This document shows, one piece after another, positions 9,538 to 19,471 of a DNA stretch of 64,000 nt; the stretch's first letter is position 1, and each line of letters starts with the position of its first letter. The notes under the pieces are model-generated. The model did not search any database and was not told where the DNA came from. It saw nothing but the letters and a program-made list of their open reading frames with translations. The stretch covers positions 21,867 through 85,866 of the forward strand of contig CAYMYR010000002.1 in assembly GCA_964394715.1 (NCBI GenBank), in the 5' to 3' direction. The stretch comes from an uncultured Smithella sp. (GTDB lineage: Bacteria > Desulfobacterota > Syntrophia > Syntrophales > Smithellaceae). The position numbers and the translations under genes were made by a program.

Positions 9538-12500
9538 CTAATCCGGCATCTTGTAATGCTTTTCGCGGAATAGCTTGAGGCAGGCTTCGGCAGCTTCTTC
9601 GTCATAGAGGATCCCCTTGTTTTTTTCAATTTCCTCCAGAGCCGCATTGATTCCAACGGCCGGCCGGTAGGGACGATTGGATGAGATGGCCTCCACAACA
9701 TCGGCAATGGAGATAATCTTTGATTCCAGCAGAAGCTCATCTGCCTTGAGTTTGTTTGGATAACCAGAACCGTTTATCCGTTCATGGTGTTCCAGCACAA
9801 TCCGGGCAATCGGCCACGGAAAGTCAATATCTTTCAAAATGCTGTACCCTGCTTCTGAATGGGTCCTGATCAATTCAAATTCAAGGTTGGAAAGACGGGT
9901 TGGTTTGGTGAGGATTTCGGATGGAACAGAGATCTTTCCCAGGTCATGGATCATGCCGGCCAGACGGATGCAGTCAATCTGGTCCCGTGAAAGCTTCATT
10001 TCCGTTGCGATGGAGCGGGCCAGATCGGACACCCGCCGCTGATGTCCGGCTGTGTATGGATCTCTGGCTTCCACGGTAGCGGACATGGCTTTGATGGTAG
10101 CTCCCAGTGACTTGCGCAGGCTTTGCAAACTGGACTGGCGTTCCTGCTCCAGCTTCTTTTTCGGTGTGATGTCTTCCATGATGCCGTGATAAACCATCTC
10201 GCCCGTATTGTCCCGAAACGCGGTTATGCTCATGCTTACCCAGATGAGGCTTTTATCCTTGCGGTAAAGCTGTGTTTCGTAGCTTTTGATGCTGCCGTCC
10301 CGGCGGAGAATGTCCAGCACATTCCGAAATTCATCGGGATCCACGGTAACCTGTTTGGTGATATTGGTGATGCTGTCGTAGACGTCCTGGGGTGAATTGT
10401 ATCCGAGCATGGTGGCAAACGCATTGTTTACAGACATTCTTTTCGCATCTGTCGAAGCCTGAAAGATGCCTTCCTGCGCGTTTTCAATAATGGACCGGTA
10501 TCTGCGTTCACTTTTTAGGATTTCATCTTCCATCCTTTTACGGTCAGTGATGTCCTGAATCGTACCGATCATGGTAATTGCATTGCCGTCCTGATCGTAC
10601 GTGAGTTCAGCCTTGGCCTGAGCCCAGCGTTCCTGTCCGTCATTTTTCCTGACAATCCTGAATTCAGTATCAAAGAGCTGTTTCCTGTGAACCTTAATGG
10701 TTTCATACATGAATCGTTTGATGTCTTCTCGCTCTTCAGGATGGATGATATTGTACCAGCCACGTGCAGTTTTCTGATAGTTTTCATCAATCCCCAGGAT
10801 TTTATCGAGGGTACTGGAGCTGATCCATTGACCCGTCCTGGAATCGACCCGATAAGAGCCGATCTGGGCAACTTCCTGGGATTTAATCAGAAAAAATTGA
10901 TTTTGCCTGAGCTGTTCCTCCACATGCTTGCGTTCGGTGATGTCGCGAACAATACCCTTGAATCCAATTTTATTGCCCGCCGTATCCTTTCGAATGGCCA
11001 CGGAAGCTTCAATAAAAGCGATGCTGCCGTCTTTCCTTCTAATCTGCCAATCAAAAGCCTTGGTGGGTAATTCCGTGAGGTATACCTTATTGAACGTCTC
11101 AAAAAGTTTTCTGGCATTTTCTTCGTCTGTGTACTGCCGGTTATTCATTCCCATCAGTTCTTTCCTGGAATATCCCCAGATCCGGCACATGGAGTCGTTG
11201 AAAAAGGTCAGGTTGCCGGCCAGGTCCACTTCATAATAGCCGTTATCAATGCTGTCCAGAATGGTTTTGTATTTTTCTTCTCTTTCACGAAGATCGGCCT
11301 CCATCTGCTTGCGTCCGGAGATGTCCAGGGAAATGCCCCGGAAACCAATGGGATTTCCTCTTGCATCATTGATGATGGACGCGGAAACCTCACAGTAATG
11401 TTTATCTCCGTTTTTCTTAATGTACTCGATTTCATACCTGGCGGGTTGTCCTGTCTTGTAAATGTTCATGTAGATTTGCAGGGCCTTTGCTGCCATGGAC
11501 TCATTCATGTAGCTACGGAAACTCATGCCAATACCTTCCTCACGCGTATAGCCCAGTTTTCGTGCGTGAGCGTCATTGACAAAAGTAACCTTGCCTTTCA
11601 GGTCAAGTTCAAAATAACCTTCTTCAATAGTTTCCATCAAGATGCGGTATCGCTCATCTTCCTTTTTCCGCTCGGTGACATCCCGCGAAATTAAACGGAT
11701 GCCGGCAGGTTTGCCGTCGTCACTCCGCATGAGAGCACCAGAGATCTCTGTGTACCGTATGGAGCGGTCATTGGCGATCAAAGACACTTCAACATTTTTA
11801 AAGGGGGTTCCTTTCCTGGTGACTTCCTTAAAGAGCTCTTTCATTTTGCGGCCGGATGTTTTATCACAGCATTTCTGAAAGTTCATCCCGATCAGGTTCT
11901 CTTTGGGATATCCGAGATAGCGGACCAGTGAATCGTTGACGAAAGTGAAGTTGCCGGCCATATCCAGCTCAAAATATTCATCTTCAATGTCTTCCAGGAT
12001 CGTGCGGTATTTTTCATCTCTCTTTTGCATGGCATCTTCTGCGATTTTTCGGTCGGTGATGTCGCGCACAATACCCTGAAAACCGATTTTATTCCCTTTG
12101 CGGTCTTTTCTTAACGTAATAGAGGTTTCAATAAATTTTAATTCACCTTTTTTTGTGTATAGCTCGTACACGAAATTATTGATGCCCCGGCCGGTTGTGT
12201 AAACTTTGTTGTAAACATCAAATATTTCTTTTGCTGTTTTCTCACCGACATATTGCCGGTAGTTCAGGCCCATGATTTCTTTTTTGGTGCGGCCCGCAAT
12301 ACGGCACAGGGACTCATTGAAAAAAGTAATGCTTCCCGCCAGGTTTGATTCGTAATAACCGTCTTCAATGTTATTCAGGATTGTTTGAAAGTTTTCTTCG
12401 CTGTCGTGCAGAGCCGCCTTCAGATTTTTGATTTCATCACGCGCTTTGCTGTCGGTTACTGATTTTTTTTCTGTCGGTTTGGATTTTTTCCGTGTCGAAA

Positions 12501-12543
12501 CGTTTTTCAGGATCTTTTTTTCAGACGGCTTTTTTAATTTCAT
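9538..12543 (-). CDS. Multi-PAS (about six PAS/PAC modules) HD-GYP domain protein, putative c-di-GMP phosphodiesterase
   Basis: Repeated PAS modules (GYYE.DLAGN.TFFN ... GIVRDITDRK) are followed by a C-terminal HD-GYP domain: HQRRVSDLA, MIHDLGKISVP, HHERINGSGYP. Confidence 0.88.
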   Translation of the reverse strand: MKLKKPSEKKILKNVSTRKKSKPTEKKSVTDSKARDEIKNLKAALHDSEENFQTILNNIEDGYYESNLAGSITFFNESLCRIAGRTKKEIMGLNYRQYVGEKTAKEIFDVYNKVYTTGRGINNFVYELYTKKGELKFIETSITLRKDRKGNKIGFQGIVRDITDRKIAEDAMQKRDEKYRTILEDIEDEYFELDMAGNFTFVNDSLVRYLGYPKENLIGMNFQKCCDKTSGRKMKELFKEVTRKGTPFKNVEVSLIANDRSIRYTEISGALMRSDDGKPAGIRLISRDVTERKKEDERYRILMETIEEGYFELDLKGKVTFVNDAHARKLGYTREEGIGMSFRSYMNESMAAKALQIYMNIYKTGQPARYEIEYIKKNGDKHYCEVSASIINDARGNPIGFRGISLDISGRKQMEADLREREEKYKTILDSIDNGYYEVDLAGNLTFFNDSMCRIWGYSRKELMGMNNRQYTDEENARKLFETFNKVYLTELPTKAFDWQIRRKDGSIAFIEASVAIRKDTAGNKIGFKGIVRDITERKHVEEQLRQNQFFLIKSQEVAQIGSYRVDSRTGQWISSSTLDKILGIDENYQKTARGWYNIIHPEEREDIKRFMYETIKVHRKQLFDTEFRIVRKNDGQERWAQAKAELTYDQDGNAITMIGTIQDITDRKRMEDEILKSERRYRSIIENAQEGIFQASTDAKRMSVNNAFATMLGYNSPQDVYDSITNITKQVTVDPDEFRNVLDILRRDGSIKSYETQLYRKDKSLIWVSMSITAFRDNTGEMVYHGIMEDITPKKKLEQERQSSLQSLRKSLGATIKAMSATVEARDPYTAGHQRRVSDLARSIATEMKLSRDQIDCIRLAGMIHDLGKISVPSEILTKPTRLSNLEFELIRTHSEAGYSILKDIDFPWPIARIVLEHHERINGSGYPNKLKADELLLESKIISIADVVEAISSNRPYRPAVGINAALEEIEKNKGILYDEEAAEACLKLFREKHYKMPD

Positions 12544-12814
12544 GCATTATCTCCATTTTGAAACTACAGCCGATTCCTGCTGTTGCAAGTAAATTTGATT
12601 TCTGAACATTCTGATCCGCTATCAATAGGTACAATGAATATCGGCATCATCAAAAACCCATAATAAACTATTGTATTTTTGCTCAAAATGAATTGAAAGT
12701 CAAGAACAGAGGGTTACTTGGAACATTTATATTTTATCCTGTCTTGAAAATGAATGTATTGTTCGTCTATGATTGAAACGGGAGATAAATCTGTAACGCT
12801 AGAGGAGGTGTGTT

Positions 12815-13276
12815 GTGATGCTGGTGAAAAATAGAATGTGGTTGTGGGCAGTCATACTGCTCGTAATGCCTTTGAGTGGCGGAGCAGGTGATTATGATAC
12901 GGGGGTCCGGGGCAAGGTCATTCTCCACACGGATAAAATGAGCAACGGGGAGCCGATTGATTATCTGGATAAGGATCATCCCAGGGTAACCGTTATGAAT
13001 GTGGAGATCGCGCCGGGCAAAGAGACCGGTTGGCACAGTCATCCAATGGAGGTTTATGCTTATGTATTGTCCGGACGGCTGACTGTTGAAATGGAGGGTG
13101 GAAAAACAACCGAGTTTAAAAAAGGGGATGCGATTATCGAAGTTGTCAATCTTAAACACAACGGTATCAACAAGGGGAAAATTCCGGTCAAACTCGTTGT
13201 CTTTTACCTGGGCGGAGAAGGTATGCCCAACGTGATCAAAAGCGACAAACCTCAAACCTTGAACCTTGCACCCTGA
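12815..13276 (+). CDS. Secreted cupin domain protein
   Basis: Signal-like N-terminus MLVKNRMWLWAVILLVMPLSG and cupin motif GWHSHPMEVYAYVLSGRLTVEMEGG. AGGAGG RBS. Confidence 0.75.
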   Translation: MMLVKNRMWLWAVILLVMPLSGGAGDYDTGVRGKVILHTDKMSNGEPIDYLDKDHPRVTVMNVEIAPGKETGWHSHPMEVYAYVLSGRLTVEMEGGKTTEFKKGDAIIEVVNLKHNGINKGKIPVKLVVFYLGGEGMPNVIKSDKPQTLNLAP

Positions 13277-13293
13277 ACCTTGAACCTGTTTTT

Positions 13294-13713
13294 CTATTCT
13301 CCGATGATTTTCACAAGCACTCTTTTGCTTCTGCCGCCGTCAAACTCGCCATAGAAAATCTGTTCCCAGGGACCGAAGTCGAGCTTGCCCCCGGTCACCG
13401 CGACAACCACTTCGCGTCCCATAATCTGTCTTTTCAGATGCGCGTCGCCATTATCTTCGCCGGTGCGGTTGTGCCGATAGAAGGACACTGGAGCGTGTGG
13501 TGCAAGTTTTTCCAGCCAGTCTTCGTAATCCTGGTGAAGACCCGGTTCATCATCGTTGATAAAGACGGATGCTGTGATATGCATGGCATTGACCAGCGCA
13601 AGGCCTTCCTGGATATTGCTTTTCTTCAGAGCTTCATTCACTTTGCCGGTAATATTGATAAAAGCCCTCCTGCCGGGGATGTTAAACCATAATTCTTCTC
13701 GATAGGATTTCAT
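13294..13713 (-). CDS. yjbQ: YjbQ/UPF0047 family (secondary thiamine-phosphate synthase enzyme)
   Basis: [55 protein letters not shown] and GDAHLK fit UPF0047. The ORF is open to 13734; the ATG at 13713 has a GAGG upstream. Confidence 0.75.
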   Translation of the reverse strand: MKSYREELWFNIPGRRAFINITGKVNEALKKSNIQEGLALVNAMHITASVFINDDEPGLHQDYEDWLEKLAPHAPVSFYRHNRTGEDNGDAHLKRQIMGREVVVAVTGGKLDFGPWEQIFYGEFDGGRSKRVLVKIIGE

Positions 13714-13817
13714 AGATCCAACCTCACTGTGCAAATGTAATTAACTTTACAAGATTATTGCCTTATGCTATGAGGCAAAAAAATATGCAAGATTATCTTT
13801 TCCAGGAGTGAAAAAAT

Positions 13818-14567
13818 ATGTCCGGCCATTCAAAGTGGAGCACTATCAAAAGGAAAAAAGGGGCCATTGACGCCAAACGCGGCAAGATTTTCACAAAAAT
13901 TATCAAGGAAATTACCCTGGCGGCGCGTCTGGGCGGAGGGGACATTGACGGCAATGCCCGGTTACGGCAGGCGGTTATGGCGGCCAAGGAAGAAAACATG
14001 CCCAAAGATAACATTGAACGGGCAATCAAGAAAGGTATCGGTGGCGGTGAGGGGGCAGCAGCTTACGAAGAAGTGACCTATGAAGGCTATGGCCCCGGAG
14101 GAGCAGCAGTCATTGTCGATGTCATGACGGACAATAAAAACCGGACCGTGGCGGAAATCCGGCACATTTTCTCGAAACATGGCGGCAATCTGGGAGAAAA
14201 CGGATGCGTGTCCTGGATTTTCGCGAAAAAAGGCAGTATCGTGATCGACAAAAAAGCCATCGGCGAAGATGAACTCATGGAACTGGTGCTGGAGGCCGGA
14301 GCGGAAGATGTAAAGACGGAAGGCAGTGAGTATGAAGTAATCACTGAACCGGCGGCTTTTGAGGCCGTAAAAAAATCCATTGACGACAAGGGTATCAAGC
14401 ATCTGTCGGCATCCATCAGCAAGATCCCTTCCAATACCGTTAAACTGGATGCAGGCAAGGCGGAGTCCATGCTGAAAATGATGGAAAAGCTGGAAGACAA
14501 CGATGATGTGCAGAATGTTTACTCCAATTTCGACATCGATGAGGATGTCATGGAGAAATTAAGCTAG
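13818..14567 (+). CDS. yebC: YebC/PmpR family DNA-binding regulator
   Basis: [32 protein letters not shown] is canonical. It lies upstream of ruvCAB. Confidence 0.93.
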   Translation: MSGHSKWSTIKRKKGAIDAKRGKIFTKIIKEITLAARLGGGDIDGNARLRQAVMAAKEENMPKDNIERAIKKGIGGGEGAAAYEEVTYEGYGPGGAAVIVDVMTDNKNRTVAEIRHIFSKHGGNLGENGCVSWIFAKKGSIVIDKKAIGEDELMELVLEAGAEDVKTEGSEYEVITEPAAFEAVKKSIDDKGIKHLSASISKIPSNTVKLDAGKAESMLKMMEKLEDNDDVQNVYSNFDIDEDVMEKLS

Positions 14568-14586
14568 TGCCATGTCAACGCTGTTG

Positions 14587-14676
14587 TGTCATTTCGAAGG
14601 AGTTTTGACGACTGAGAAATGCTGGATTTCTCCTGGAGTTTATCCTGAGCTTGGCCAAGAGGATCGAGATGACATT
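14587..14676. repeat. About 90-bp imperfect palindromic element in the yebC-ruvC spacer
   Basis: Terminal inverted arms GTGTCATTTCGA (14587-14598) and TCGAGATGACAT (14665-14676) have one mismatch. An internal hairpin is GAGAAAT-gctgg-ATTTCTC. Confidence 0.4.
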
Positions 14677-14690
14677 CATTGATTGTAACA

Positions 14691-15212
14691 ATGCTGGGCC
14701 ATCAAAACCGATCTTCGGCGAAAGTAGGTATTTTGCGAATTTTAGGAATCGATCCCGGAAGCCACATTACCGGCTATGGTGTGATTGATAAAAGCGGCAA
14801 TTATCTGCGTCACGTTGTTCATGGTGAAATAAAGCCCCGCAGAAATTCGCTTTTGTCTGAGGTTCTGATGGATATTTCGCAGAGTCTCAGAGCCGTTATC
14901 GCCGATACAAACCCGCAGGCAGTCGGACTGGAAAATATTTTTTACGGGAAGAATGTACGTAGCCTGATCCGGCAGGCCCAGGTCAGGGGGGTAGTGATAT
15001 TAACCTGTGCCGAAAAAGCGATTCCTGTTTTTGAATATTCTCCGCTGGAAGTGAAAAAGGCCGTTGTCGGCTATGGCCGGGCGGAGAAACGCCAGGTTCA
15101 GATGATGGTAAAAGCCATTTTAAAACTTGATGCCCTGCCTACCGCGGATGCGGCAGACGCCCTGGCTGCAGCGATCTGCCAGGCTAATTTTCAAAAGGAG
15201 CAGCCCCTCTGA
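14691..15212 (+). CDS. ruvC: Holliday junction resolvase RuvC
   Basis: RILGIDPGSHITGYGVI is canonical. The start is uncertain: TTG 14679, ATG 14691, or TTG 14733. TTG 14733 would give the typical MRILGIDPG N-terminus. Confidence 0.88.
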   Translation: MLGHQNRSSAKVGILRILGIDPGSHITGYGVIDKSGNYLRHVVHGEIKPRRNSLLSEVLMDISQSLRAVIADTNPQAVGLENIFYGKNVRSLIRQAQVRGVVILTCAEKAIPVFEYSPLEVKKAVVGYGRAEKRQVQMMVKAILKLDALPTADAADALAAAICQANFQKEQPL

Positions 15213-15820
15213 TGATCGCTCTGCTTTCCGGCAAAATCGCATACAAGGGAATTTCACATATTGTTGTGGATACCCAGGGCGTCGGTTATCGCGTCTTTAT
15301 TCCGCTTACGACTTTCTATGAGCTTCCCGACGCGGGACAGCCCGTTACCCTGCACATTCACACCTCCGTCAAGGAGGATGCGATCAACCTGTTCGGCTTC
15401 TATACGCTTCAGGAACGCGAGCTCTTCCAGTTGATGATTTCCGTCAGTGGAGTCGGTCCGAAAGTGGCCATGAATGTTCTATCGCGCATTTCCGCTGCAG
15501 AACTGCTCGAAGCGATTTCGGGCGGCAATCTGACAAAACTGATTGCTATTCCGGGTATCGGTAGAAAAACGGCCGAACGGTTAATTCTGGAACTCAGGGA
15601 AAAAGCCGTCAAAAAAATGGCGGAGGACCAGATTTCTGTGATGGATGTGCAGAAAAAACAGAGCGGGATGATCCGTGAAGATGTAATGTCCGCGCTCGTG
15701 AATCTGGGGTACAAGTCCAATGCGGCCAGGGATGCCCTGGATAAAGTTGCACGCGAGGCCGAAGGGGAGCTGCCGATGGATCAGCTCTTGAAAAAAGCTT
15801 TAAAAATTCTTGCCGGCTGA
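15212..15820 (+). CDS. ruvA: Holliday junction branch migration protein RuvA
   Basis: MIALLSGKIAYKGISHIVVDTQGVGYRVFIP plus HhH motifs IPGIGRKTAERLILEL. The start overlaps the ruvC stop (TGATG). Confidence 0.95.
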   Translation: MIALLSGKIAYKGISHIVVDTQGVGYRVFIPLTTFYELPDAGQPVTLHIHTSVKEDAINLFGFYTLQERELFQLMISVSGVGPKVAMNVLSRISAAELLEAISGGNLTKLIAIPGIGRKTAERLILELREKAVKKMAEDQISVMDVQKKQSGMIREDVMSALVNLGYKSNAARDALDKVAREAEGELPMDQLLKKALKILAG

Positions 15821-15846
15821 TGCCGCAGGATTTCAGGTAGAGATTT

Positions 15847-16875
15847 ATGGATGCCCATTTAAAAAATCCTTTAATCAATCCGGTGTGCGCTGAAGATGAA
15901 GGCTCGCTGGATATCAGTTTGCGTCCGCCTAATCTGGTCGATTATGTCGGCCAGGATAAGGTGAAAAGCAACTTGTCGATTTTTATTGAAGCGGCCAGAA
16001 AACGGCGCGATTCGCTTGACCATGTTTTGCTCTACGGCCCGCCCGGTTTGGGGAAGACCACACTGGCCTATATAATTGCCCGAGAGCTCGGGGTGGATAT
16101 CAAGGTGACCTCGGGGCCGGTGATTGAGCGTCCCGGAGATCTGGCTGCAATTCTGACGAACATGCACGAACATGAGGTGCTGTTTATCGATGAAATCCAC
16201 CGGCTTTCCCACGTTGTGGAAGAGATTCTTTATCCGGCCATGGAGGATTTTCACATTGATATTTTAATCGGACAGGGACCTTCGGCCCGGTCCATGAAAC
16301 TGGACATTCCGAAGTTTACTCTGGTGGGAGCTACCACGCGCGCAGGGTCTCTCACGTCTCCGCTGCGCGACCGTTTCGGTATGCATTTTCGTCTGGAGTT
16401 CTACACGCCGCAGGAGCTTGCCGTGATTATCAGGCGGTCCGCATCAATCCTGGGGGTCAAACTGGCCGGTGACGGTGCCGATGAACTTGCCAAACGTGCA
16501 CGGGGTACGCCGCGTATCGCCAACAGGCTGCTGAAGCGTGTCCGTGACTACGCAGAAGTAAAAGGCAATGGAACGATTGACGGAGAGATTGCCTGTCAGG
16601 CCCTGGATGCGTTTGAAGTCGATCAGAAGGGATTCGATCAAATGGATCGCAAGCTTCTTCTGACACTGATTGAAAGATTCAATGGCGGGCCTGTTGGCGT
16701 GGAGAGTCTGGCGGCGGCAATCGGCGAAGAGAAAGTCACGATTGAAGATGTTTATGAACCATACCTGATTCAGGAAGGTTATCTGCAGAGAACCTCGCGG
16801 GGCAGGGTGGCATGCCCCAGGGCTTACGAACATTTCGGCCTGAAAGCTTCAGGAGCTCAAAAGGAATTATTTTAA
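15847..16875 (+). CDS. ruvB: Holliday junction DNA helicase RuvB
   Basis: [16 protein letters not shown], Walker [12 protein letters not shown], and LFIDEIHRL. Confidence 0.97.
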   Translation: MDAHLKNPLINPVCAEDEGSLDISLRPPNLVDYVGQDKVKSNLSIFIEAARKRRDSLDHVLLYGPPGLGKTTLAYIIARELGVDIKVTSGPVIERPGDLAAILTNMHEHEVLFIDEIHRLSHVVEEILYPAMEDFHIDILIGQGPSARSMKLDIPKFTLVGATTRAGSLTSPLRDRFGMHFRLEFYTPQELAVIIRRSASILGVKLAGDGADELAKRARGTPRIANRLLKRVRDYAEVKGNGTIDGEIACQALDAFEVDQKGFDQMDRKLLLTLIERFNGGPVGVESLAAAIGEEKVTIEDVYEPYLIQEGYLQRTSRGRVACPRAYEHFGLKASGAQKELF

Positions 16876-16950
16876 TCCCGCTTAAGCGGGACGAGCGTTC
16901 ATCCTCCATAGCTCGCCGCTAGGTGGTTGATTCAAGAGGCCATAGAATTC

Positions 16951-17478
16951 ATGAATGTGCTGATGCATATTTGCTGCGGGCCGTGCACAATCTATCCTCT
17001 CAAGGAATTGAGAACACATGGTCATATCGTAACAGGATTCTACTACAATCCGAACATTCATCCCTATCAGGAATATTTACGGCGCAAACAAACCCTGCAG
17101 GAATATGCCGAGAAAATTCTGCTGAATGTTATTTCGCCGGAAGGCTATCCGATGGAGGAGTTTTTAAGCCAGGTGGCTCACAGGCATGAAGACAGGTGTG
17201 TTTATTGCCTGACGGATCGAATGAAACTCACGGCAGAAAAGGCAAAAAATGAACATTATGACGCCTTTACTTCTACCTTGCTTTACAGCAGATATCAGAA
17301 GCATGATCTGATCAGGCAAATCGGAGAAACGTTAAGCCACCAGATGGATGTCCCATTTTATTATCAGGATTTTCGTGTCGGTTGGAATGACGGGGTGAAG
17401 ATTTCCAGGGAGTTGGGGATGTATCGCCAGCCTTATTGCGGATGCATATACAGTGAAAAAGAAAGGTATTGTAAGTAA
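16951..17478 (+). CDS. queH: Epoxyqueuosine reductase QueH (DUF208)
   Basis: MNVLMHICCGPCTIYPLKEL, YYNPNIHPYQEY and the C-terminal YCGCIYSEKERY. The ORF is open from a TTG at 16927. Confidence 0.85.
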   Translation: MNVLMHICCGPCTIYPLKELRTHGHIVTGFYYNPNIHPYQEYLRRKQTLQEYAEKILLNVISPEGYPMEEFLSQVAHRHEDRCVYCLTDRMKLTAEKAKNEHYDAFTSTLLYSRYQKHDLIRQIGETLSHQMDVPFYYQDFRVGWNDGVKISRELGMYRQPYCGCIYSEKERYCK

Positions 17479-17682
17479 TGCTACCGGTTCATATGCGTGG
17501 TTTCATGCTTTTATGAAGTGTGGTATTTGAGACACAATGTCGAGAGATGTGTGTAGAATCAACGGACACCATCATGTCTGAAAAATCAATAATAACAATT
17601 AATTATTTGGTTTGGTAAATCATGTTCAATGATTGGTATAGTTATTGCTAATTATGCGTTCAATCAAGATTCAAGGTTGTAT

Positions 17683-18612
17683 ATGCATTTACAGAGAACA
17701 CTTAAAAAAGAAATTATCTGCGCAAGCATTGGTTTGCATACCGGCCGCAAGGTCAATATGAAGATTAAGCCGGCTCCTGCAGATACAGGAGTGTTGTTTT
17801 TTCGAACCGATTTGCCCGATTCCAGACCCATTCCGGCAGACTTCAAGATGGTATGTGATACCACTCTGGCTACTTCCCTAGGCTATGATGGTGTCAGCGT
17901 TTCCACGGTAGAGCATATTTTGTCGGCTTTCAGCGGAATGGGAGTTGATAATGCCCTGATTGAACTGGATTCTTTTGAAGTACCGATCATGGACGGCAGT
18001 TCCCAGCCGTTTGTCGAGATGCTTAAGGGCGTGGGGACACGGACGCAGGGTAAATTTAAGAAAATGCTTGTCATCAAGAAACCTGTATCCGTGAAAAACG
18101 AAGAGGGAAGGGCAATGCTCGTTCCCTCTGATGAGTTTAAAATAACTTATGATATTGATTTTGCTCACAAGGCAATCGGCCGCCAATCTTACAGTTTTGT
18201 TTTTTCCGATAAAAATTATCAGGATGACATTTGCCGGGCAAGAACTTTTGGATTTCTGAAAGAAGTTGAATTTTTGCAGGCAAGGGGTTTGGGGCTGGGC
18301 GGATCACTCGATAATGTCATTATTCTTGATGATAAGAAAATTGTCAATAAAGGCGGACTGCGCATGCCCGATGAATTTGTAAAACATAAAATACTGGATG
18401 CCATCGGAGATTTGTTTTTACTGGGGATGCCGATTATCGGTCATTTTGTGGCGTACAAATCAGGCCACAGACTGAATAATCTCTTGTTAAGGGAACTTAT
18501 GATTCAGGAAAATTCCTGGGATATTATCACATCTCAGGATCAAAGGCAGTCTACAAGATACACATCGTGCAAGATTCCCTCTTTTACCATTCTGGATGCC
18601 GTGCAGATTTAG
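17683..18612 (+). CDS. lpxC: UDP-3-O-acyl-N-acetylglucosamine deacetylase
   Basis: LQRTLKKEIICASIGLHTGRKVNMKIKPAPADTGVLFFRTD, STVEHILSAFSGMGVDN, and HKILDAIGDLFLLG. The canonical start is the ATG at 17683 inside the longer ORF that opens at 17629. Confidence 0.93.
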   Translation: MHLQRTLKKEIICASIGLHTGRKVNMKIKPAPADTGVLFFRTDLPDSRPIPADFKMVCDTTLATSLGYDGVSVSTVEHILSAFSGMGVDNALIELDSFEVPIMDGSSQPFVEMLKGVGTRTQGKFKKMLVIKKPVSVKNEEGRAMLVPSDEFKITYDIDFAHKAIGRQSYSFVFSDKNYQDDICRARTFGFLKEVEFLQARGLGLGGSLDNVIILDDKKIVNKGGLRMPDEFVKHKILDAIGDLFLLGMPIIGHFVAYKSGHRLNNLLLRELMIQENSWDIITSQDQRQSTRYTSCKIPSFTILDAVQI

Positions 18613-18844
18613 GGTCATTTAATCTTCAGATTCTTTCAGCGGCATAAATTAACTTGATTTTTATCGACAGGTTACCTAGTATTATCCATTAAAAATTAAT
18701 GTGTGCAGAGGGGACTTTTCGTAAATTCGCTATTGAAATAAGCCCCTTAGCCTGAAGGCATGGACGCAGGGGTCGCATGAATTGCCGTTTTGGGACATTT
18801 TTAGGCAAACCGAGTGCACGTTTTCATAGAAAGAAACGAATAAT

Positions 18845-19429
18845 ATGAAAAACAGGATGGATTTTCGGGGAAGGTTGCTGTGCGCCTGTTTGTGTCTGAT
18901 CGCAATGACGGCCGGTTTGCCTGCAAATGCGAAAGCAGCGGTAAAACCGCGAATGGTTGACATGTTGATCACCAGCAATATACAAAATGTGCTTTTATAT
19001 GCCAGACTGGTGGATTGCTTCAGATCAGATATAGAATCAGCGATCATGGCCGGTGTCCCGGCTGTTTTTACAATTTACGTGGATGTTTATCAGGAAAGAC
19101 CCTATCGATGGGATACAAAGATTGCTGTAAGAGAAATTCGACGCACCATCAAATACGACAATTTAAAGAAAACATTTTCCATTACGACAAATGGCAACAG
19201 TCAACCTGTATTGTTTACTGATTTTCAAAGCGCGCAAAAAGCGATGTCAGAACTGAATGGAATTCCTCTGGTTCCTCTTTCGAGGTTAACGAAAAACCAT
19301 TACTACTACGCACAGGTTCATGTTAAAATCGATAAGATCCGGCTGCCTCTCTATATGGAATATGTTTTTGTTTTTGTATCCTTTTGGGATTTTGAAACAC
19401 CGACTTATAAAATAAGATTTTCCTACTAA
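18845..19429 (+). CDS. DUF4390-like periplasmic protein (companion of NtrY-type kinases)
   Basis: Signal peptide ending LPANA. The position directly upstream of the ntrY-like kinase is typical for DUF4390. Family assignment is by recall only. Confidence 0.6.
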   Translation: MKNRMDFRGRLLCACLCLIAMTAGLPANAKAAVKPRMVDMLITSNIQNVLLYARLVDCFRSDIESAIMAGVPAVFTIYVDVYQERPYRWDTKIAVREIRRTIKYDNLKKTFSITTNGNSQPVLFTDFQSAQKAMSELNGIPLVPLSRLTKNHYYYAQVHVKIDKIRLPLYMEYVFVFVSFWDFETPTYKIRFSY

Positions 19430-19471
19430 TCATCCATCGAATATCCGTTGGAAAATTGATCCGGTCAGCTG

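Noticed and set aside
12767-13255. 162-aa minus-strand ORF overlapping the cupin gene
   Set aside because: The plus-strand frame has AGGAGG, a signal peptide and a cupin motif. The minus frame has none of these.
13255-13300. Short GAACCTT-type direct repeats at the 3' end of the cupin gene
   Set aside because: This is low-complexity sequence of only about 35 bp that partly encodes the C-terminus. There is no evidence of function.
16876-16891. Palindrome TCCCGCTTAAGCGGGA after ruvB as a terminator
   Set aside because: It is a short 6-bp stem with no following U-run on either strand. That is too weak to call a terminator.
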